NCBI GenBank assembly: GCA_000182565.2
Contig: KQ257463.1
Direction: 5' to 3' (one strand)
Source: Spizellomyces punctatus DAOM BR117
Lineage: Eukaryota
Length of the DNA: 64,000 bases
The notes beneath the pieces are model-generated. The model did no database searches, was not told the DNA's origin, and saw only the letters and a program-made list of their open reading frames with translations. Both the position numbers and the translations under genes were made by a program. Below are positions 62,941 through 64,000 of the stretch, piece after piece. Every line of letters begins with the position of its first letter. The stretch's first letter is position 1.

Positions 62941-64000
62941 GTAGAATTGCCATCATGCTGGACTACTAGCCAGACGAGATGATACTGGATGCTCAGGTTA
63001 TGTATATACTTGTGACAGTATTATGATATGCCAGTCTAGTAGATGATTGTAGCGCCTTCGCGTACATGTATCAATATTGAAACCAACGATTAGACTAGGA
63101 CTTGCATCATTGATGAGTGCTACCCGCTGCACGCGTCCAAATCGCAAGGCAAACACGGACTGCTGATCAAGAAGCAGAATATTCTACGGAAACCGTCAGT
63201 CAGGTTCCCGGAACAGCACGGTTTTAAAATTCGGCGATTTCGGGGCTTCTATACTTGTACAGTATCTTTGAGCTCAACTCCAAGCTTCACCGACGTGTCA
63301 ACAAGCACATGTAAAGCAATACAGTTTGCAGAAAATGAAATGGTATTCAATATGAGTTTGTTCTTGGGACACGCAAACGATGATGGTCCGCCGATCATAA
63401 CTACATTGTTGCGCGCCTTCCAAATGGCGGCCGAGTATAAAATATGTTATCCAACAAGTATATTACTCTGCCCGATGGCTTCGTGTACAATTCTAGAGAC
63501 ATTCTTAGGGTTGTACACTTCATCGGCACCAGAGTAGCTAGGGTTGATGATATAGGATACTTTCAGTTCTAATCATAATATAATTCTACTGATAATGTTT
63601 ATGGAAACAGGACGTTGTTTTACGCTGGAGGGGGGCCTGTCAACTGACAACTGGCGCTCATTTATGCTCCGGGAAGAAATGGAGTCCACTGAATGTTTGT
63701 GATTGTGAACTGGCCCATTTACGCTATCTGTGACCTGGTACTTGAAGGATATACCAGCGTTAACCCCCACAAACACCAAAGGGGGCATGGAACTTTGAAT
63801 TGTGATTAGTCCAGAAATTTTGCATATCGCAGCATCATGTTATCAGTAATACGAGAAAGGTATTCATCGTTTTCAAAAGTACCATCTCCTTTTCAAAATG
63901 TTGCTGACATTGGAATTGCAGGGTTGGGAAAACCTTGTGTGGAACAGACTGTCATATTTGCTATTTTTAAGCAGGATACCTCCTGAAAGTCCTTTAATTC

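Noticed and set aside
63000-64000. Short ORFs at the right edge
   Set aside because: Fragmentary, stop-interrupted and unrecognised; cannot be supported without flanking sequence.

Overview
Gene-dense, intron-containing eukaryotic DNA from a flagellated (chytrid-type) fungus. Short GT-AG introns, a velvet gene and ciliary genes (ZMYND12, kinesin-8, ERICH3-like) support this. The Fanzor sequences point to Spizellomyces punctatus or a close relative, by recall rather than by search. About 22 protein-coding genes are recognisable, including IDH2, a DEAH helicase, a DUF726 protein, an ABHD/EHT1 hydrolase, a GCN4-like bZIP, a rhodanese-PTP, an NRPS-like A-T-ankyrin protein, DJ-1/PfpI, Nab2-like, two cNMP-binding proteins, velvet, FMO, HAD-IIA, a TM-SH3 receptor-like protein and a TrxB/GliT-like oxidoreductase. 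The main signal is a dispersed eukaryotic RNA-guided (Fanzor/OMEGA) system. Two oppositely oriented non-autonomous TIR elements (50810-51048 + and 56307-57019 -) are both inserted at CATA with a TA duplication. Each ends in an identical 75-nt structured omegaRNA-like scaffold followed by a different flank-derived guide. An N-terminal Fanzor1 remnant lies at 61446-61676 (-). Gene boundaries and splice sites were read by eye, and family calls come from motif recognition, not database searches.
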